Shown here one piece after another: positions 58,394 through 64,000 of a DNA stretch of 64,000 nt. Below the pieces are notes generated by a model. It searched no databases and was not told the DNA's origin. It saw nothing but the letters and a program-made list of their open reading frames with translations. The translations under genes and the position numbers were made by a program. Numbering within the stretch: position 1 is the first letter of the stretch; each line of letters begins with the position of its first letter. Source of the DNA: Ascoidea asiatica JCM 7603 (taxonomy: Eukaryota; Fungi; Ascomycota); assembly GCA_001600695.1 (NCBI GenBank), contig BCKQ01000005.1, positions 921,820-985,819 on the forward strand. Reading direction: 5' to 3'.

Positions 58394-61300
58394 ATGGGTG
58401 CTCAACTTTCTTTATTAACTCCAACAGCACCAACTGTCGCAATTTCTTCTTATATAGCTGTTATTAAAGGTATACAATATCAAGATCAATTAGGTCGTTC
58501 AAGATTCTTAAAAACTATAAAAGCCTCCGATGAAAATGGTTATTTAATTGTTAAATTATTAATTAAACAAAATCCTGATATTGATTTAAAAGAATGGACT
58601 GAAATTTTAGAGCGTATGTATTGAAATTATTTATTTTTCACTTTACAATTTGAATTCAAATTCAAATTAAAAATTATAATTGAAATACTAACATTTTTTA
58701 ATTTTTAACTCAAAAAAAAATAAGATCAAAGAGAAGTTTTATTCAATATACCAAGTACTGCTCCATATACTAAATTACTTGAAACTGAAAGAGCAGGTTA
58801 TTTAATAAGACCATATTTTTATTTAAATTTATATGATAGAATAAGTACAAGACCATTCTTAGAAAAAATTGAAAAAATTTGGATAACTTTTCAATTACTT
58901 TCAACTTTAATGCAATGTCATGAACAAAATATAACTCATGGTGATATAAAAACTGAAAATATACTTATAACAACTTGGGATTCAACAATTTTAAGTGATT
59001 TTGCTCCTTTTAAACCTGTTTATTTACCTGAAGATGATCCAACTCAATTTTCTTTTTTTTTTGATACTTCTCAAAGAAGAACTTGTTATTTAGCTCCAGA
59101 AAGATTTTTATCAAAAAATGAAAATCCAATTTCAAAAAAATTTTCAAAAATTACTGAACAAATGGATATTTTTAGTTTAGGTTGTGTAATTGCAGAATTA
59201 TTTTTAGAAGGTTCTCCAATTTTTACTTTAGCTCAATTATTTAAATATAAAAAAAATCAATATATACCAAATTTAAATGGTATTGAAAATATTTTTATAA
59301 AAGAATTAATTCAAAATATGATAAATTTAAATCCAAAAAAAAGAAATTCTGCTAAATTTTATTTATCTAAATATAAAGAAAAAATATTTCCTGAACATTT
59401 TTATAATTTTTTAGGTGAATATATGAAAAATATGACTGAAGGTTCAAATTTAAATATAAATTTAAATTTTAATAATAGATATAAAGAATGTGATGAAAAA
59501 ATTGAAAAAATTTATAATGATTTTGATAAAATTTCTTATTTTCTTCATTTTAATTATAATTTAAATTCTATTAAAAAAGAAAAAAAAATTAATAATTTAT
59601 CAATTCAAAATATTCAAAATAAACAAAATTTCATAAAAGAAAGAACAACTTTACCTATAGAATTTAATTTACCAAATATGAAAGGTTATCATTTACAATC
59701 TTATTCAAAAATTCCATCAAATGATAGTTCAAGTTTAATAATATTAACTGTAATTTTAAGTTCTTTAAGAAATTCATTTTCTGCTTCAAGTAAAATAAAA
59801 GCATGTGAATTAATATTAGCTTTAAGTGAAAGAATAAATGATGAAGCAAAATTAGATAGATGTTTACCATATTTCATTTATTTACTTGAAGATCCTTGTC
59901 AAGATGTTCAAGCTTTTAGTTTGAAATGTAATGCGCAATTATTAGAAATAACTGAATCAATAAGTCCGATAAATGTTTTCATATTTCCAGAATATATAAT
60001 ACCTTCATTAGTTAATTTAATAATTAAGGCAAAAACATACGTGAAAATAATTTTTGCTTCTTGTTTACCTAGCTTAGCTGTTTCTGCTGCAAGATTTTAT
60101 GATTTAGCACAAATAATGAAATCTTCTGTAAGAGTACAAACCGCAATTGATCCTGAAACTGAAAATGGTATTTTATCATCAGATAGTGTTTTTGATATTT
60201 CAAGAGTTGAATTAACAAAAAGTATTGAAGATTTTGCATCTTCTTTATTAACAGAAAATGATCCATATATAAAAATTGCATTTCTTGAAAATATATTACC
60301 TTTATGTGCTTTTTTTGGTAAAGAAAAAACAAATGAAGTTATTTTAAGTCATTTAATAACTTATCTTAATGATAAAAATTCTCAATTAAGAATGGCATTT
60401 ATTGATTGTATTGAAGGTGTTATAATATATGTTGGTTTACTGAGTTTTGAACAATATATTTTACCATTATTATTACAAACATTAACAGATCCAGAAGAAT
60501 TTATTGTAATAAAAATTTTACAAAATTTTAATGAACTTATAAAACTTAAATTAATAAGGAAAGAATTTTTATGGGATATTGCTAAAGCAACATGTAAATT
60601 AATATTACATCCTAATGAATGGATAAGACAAGCATCTTTATATTTAATTATATCAATTGCAGATAGTTTAACAGTTTCTGAACTTTTTTGTATATTTTAT
60701 CCTCTTATAAAACCATTTTTTGAATATGAATTTACAGAATTTACTTGGAATACACTTTATCCTTCAATGAAAAGTCCAATTCCTGTAAATGTTTATAAAT
60801 TAGCTCTTATATGGTCACTTAAAGCTGATAAATCTCTTTTTTGGCAACAGAATAAAAATAATAAAACTACAGAAACATTAGGTGGTACAGGTCTTTCATT
60901 TATGGCTAAATCATTACAAGGAATGGTATCACGACTTTCAGTTAATTCCCCTCCTTCAACAAATAAAAAACTTCATAATGAAAGTTTGATAACAGATAAT
61001 CAATCTGTTCCTTTATCATCTGAAGATAAAAAATGGATTGAAAAATTGAAACAAACTGGATTAGATATAAATGATTTATGGAAACTTGCAACATTAAGAA
61101 GTTATATGTATACAGTTGCAAGATCTTCAACAAGAATGATTATACAAAATGAATCACCTAATGAAATTCAAGATGAATTATTAGGACTTGGAATATATCC
61201 TCAAAATGTTTTTCTTGGAAGTAAATCAAAATCAGAAAATTTTGATGGTGAATTTGAAACAGAAAATATAAGTGAAGAATCAGATATAAATAATTTTGCA

Positions 61301-63166
61301 TCTAATACAAATTTAACAAGTTTAAGTTCAATGCCTACAACATCAATAGCATCAACAACTAATTCATATGGAGATCCATTATCAAAAATTTCAATACCTT
61401 CAGTAAAACAAAGTTCAGGATCATTATTATTTGGAGTTACAAAAGCTATACCTTCAATTTCAGAAAATCAAGAAAATATATATGCAGATTTAGAACAATT
61501 AAGTTTAAATGAAGAACATGATGAACATGATCAAAATCATAATAAAATTGTTGTTTTAAAATTACCAAAAGTTTCAAATATTTCATCAAAAATTACACAT
61601 ACATATACAGGAGATGATCCAAATATTTTAAAATTTTTAAATAGTTTAAAAATTGAAAATACTTTAGAAGATTTTTCTGAATTTGGACATGTTTTACCAA
61701 ATGTTCCAACAAATGATTTTCATATACTTAAAAATGTAAATAATTGGAAACCAAAAGGATTACTTGTTGCACATCTTTTAGAACATGTTGGTGGTATAAA
61801 TTGTGTTGTTACATCACCAGATCATAGTTATTTTGTAACTGGAGGAGATGATGGATTTTTAAAAATTTGGAATAGTTATAGATTAGAAAAAAATGTTAAA
61901 AATAATTCATCATTATCAGTTAATTTAAGATCCTCAATTCAAAAAATAGTATTTTTAGATGGTAGAGATTGTATGATAGTTGGAACAATTGATGGATTTA
62001 TAAAAATATTTCGAGTTGATATAAGTTATTCATTATGTGGTAAGATTGGTAATAGAAATGGAAAAATATCTAGTGATCAAATTGCAGATAATGAAAAATG
62101 TAATCAAGAATTTACAAGACTTATAATGATTAGAAAATATAAAATGGAAGAAAAAGAAAAAATTTTAGATATGAAATTTAAAATAATAGAAAATAAACCA
62201 ATTTTAATTATTATTACAGTACTTTCAAGAATTATTGGAATTGATATAAGAAGTATGAAAGAAATATTTATTTGGGAAATACCTTTAAAACAAGGATTTC
62301 CAACATGTTTTACAATTGATAATAGAAAAGGATGGATGATTGTTGGTACAAATGAAGGATATTTAAATTTATTTGATATTAGATTTGAATTAAGAATTAA
62401 AAGTTGGAAAATTCCAAATGGATTTCCAATTAAAAAAATTTCTGTATTACCAAATGATTTTTTAATTGGTAGACATAAAAATAGATTTATTTCAATAATT
62501 GGTGGAACTGGAGAATCTGAAATTACAGTTTGGGATATTTCAAAAGGACAATGTTGTAGAGTTTTTTCATGTTCACAAAATCCAATTTTAGAAAATTATA
62601 AATTAGAAGAGAAAGAGAAAGAGAGAGAAGAAGAAAGAGAAAGAGGAGGAGTAGAAGTTGAAGATGAAGAAATTAATAATTTAAATTTTAAAGATATTGA
62701 AAATGAAAAAATAAATAAAAAACTTGAAAAAAATAAATCAATGACAGCATTTACATTAATTGAATTTCATACATTAGATTTTAAAAATCATTTATATTAT
62801 ATTAGTGCAACAAAAGAACATAAAATTGTATTTTGGAATGTAAATAATCCAAATGAATCAAAAATTATTACTGGATTATCATTAAGTGAAGATACACCAA
62901 AATTTTCAAGTTTTCAACCAAATTCAAATTCAAATTTAACTATAATTAATGAAGTTAAAATTTTAAATAATAAACAAATTGAAAATAATAAAAAATTGAA
63001 TAATAAAAAAAAATCAAGATTATCAAGACCATCATTAATTTCTTTAGAACAATTAGAAGCTGTTAAAAATCATTTTAGTTCAGTAGAAGATTTAACTATT
63101 GTTGTTTCTCCATATATAATGATTGTTTCTGTAGATAAAAGTGGTGTTATCAATGTTTTTAAATAA
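58394..63166 (+). CDS. VPS15: Vps15 (PI3K regulatory subunit: kinase-like, HEAT, WD40); exon 1 58394-58613, intron 58614-58724, exon 2 58725-63166
   Basis: Myristoylation motif MGAQLSL, SRFLKT. The GTATGT/TACTAAC/AAG intron gives in-frame ...ILEHQREV...NLYDRISTRPFL...HGDIKTEN...CYLAPERF. Confidence 0.96.
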
Positions 63167-63284
63167 ATTAAGAATATAAATTACGTATGAAAATAAAAGT
63201 AATTTCAAATTCCTTAAATTCTTCAAAAGCACCCCATCTAAAATATTGGATGTTGCTTAGAATATCCATAGTTTATCATATAGT

Positions 63285-63424
63285 CACGTGTACAAGTAAT
63301 AAATGAAACGCGTCAAAAGCTAAAGAAAGTGAATTAAGCACACAGCTGTAAATTGATTTAATTGATTTTTAAAGCACGCGGGCAAAACCAAAGGCAATTT
63401 CCAGTTTTAACGATTGTTACGCGT
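63285..63424. promoter_or_regulatory. E-box plus MCB cluster, probably the promoter of a G1/S gene beyond the window
   Basis: GTCACGTG around 63285; ACGCGT at 63308 and 63419; ACGCGG near 63377. Confidence 0.5.
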
Positions 63425-64000
63425 CGCAAAAGGCCTAGAGCACAATCCAAGCAATTCTCCTGAATTGCATGCAAAACAAGTCTAAACCTGTAAAGTTAAC
63501 GTTAAAATTTTCGTAAATTCAAAAATGTGACGCATTTGGAAAGAGTCGTGAAATCAAGACTATTGAGACTATTGAGACTATTGAGAGTACTGTAGAAATG
63601 TGGAAATGTAGAAATGTGGAAATATTACTACTGCTTCTCATAAAAAGAAAATATAATCAATTTTCTTCTTTTGCCTTACTGTAGTTTAAATAGTTTAAAG
63701 ATTTGTATCTCTTTTCAAAATTGAAATTACAAAATTTCAAAGTTTTATAGTAAAGTTAATATTGTAAAATAGTGAGCTTGTAAGCTTGTAAGCTTGTAAG
63801 CTTGTGAATTTATAGAATTGTACAATTGTTGAAAATTAAAAAGATTAATAGATATAAAGCGATAATAAATATAGCAAAGATTATCAAAGATTTTTAAAAT
63901 TTCCAAGATACTCAAGAAAGTAAAAATAATTATAATAATTTGTAATAATTTAGTTAATTCACTTTCTTTTGAATATTTTACTTAAATCTTAGCACGTTGA

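Overview
AT-rich nuclear DNA from a budding yeast (Saccharomycotina). The poly-Asn expansions, intron density and degenerate branch points remind me of Ascoidea-like genomes, but the species assignment is inference only. The window holds about 29 protein genes: MMT1/2 (partial), FPY1, PRY, RPL4, PAM16, SCP160, MEK1, YMC1/2, CDC45, LCL2, SEN2, FIS1, RRG9, GAPDH, YKT6, SAC6, SEN1, RGT1, PNG1, ERI1, MSY1, APC9, two EutQ-like cupin paralogs, POP3, GPA2, a VanZ-like membrane gene, ARO7 and VPS15. Five genes are spliced (six introns). The ORF track misses PAM16, LCL2 and the truncated MMT1 and splits or truncates MEK1, FIS1 and VPS15. I found no tRNA, rRNA, CRISPR or intact transposon. The best leads are: the duplicated EutQ-like cupins with similar promoter motifs; two non-consensus MEK1 introns sharing a motif next to the donor (possible meiosis-specific splicing); a hairpin upstream of MEK1 whose flanks are antisense to 18S rRNA; a hairpin-dense block upstream of RGT1; an RPL4 with an altered tunnel-loop motif and a deletion; a divergent YKT6; and a decayed coding relic upstream of PRY. 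All homology calls come from recalled motifs, not database searches.
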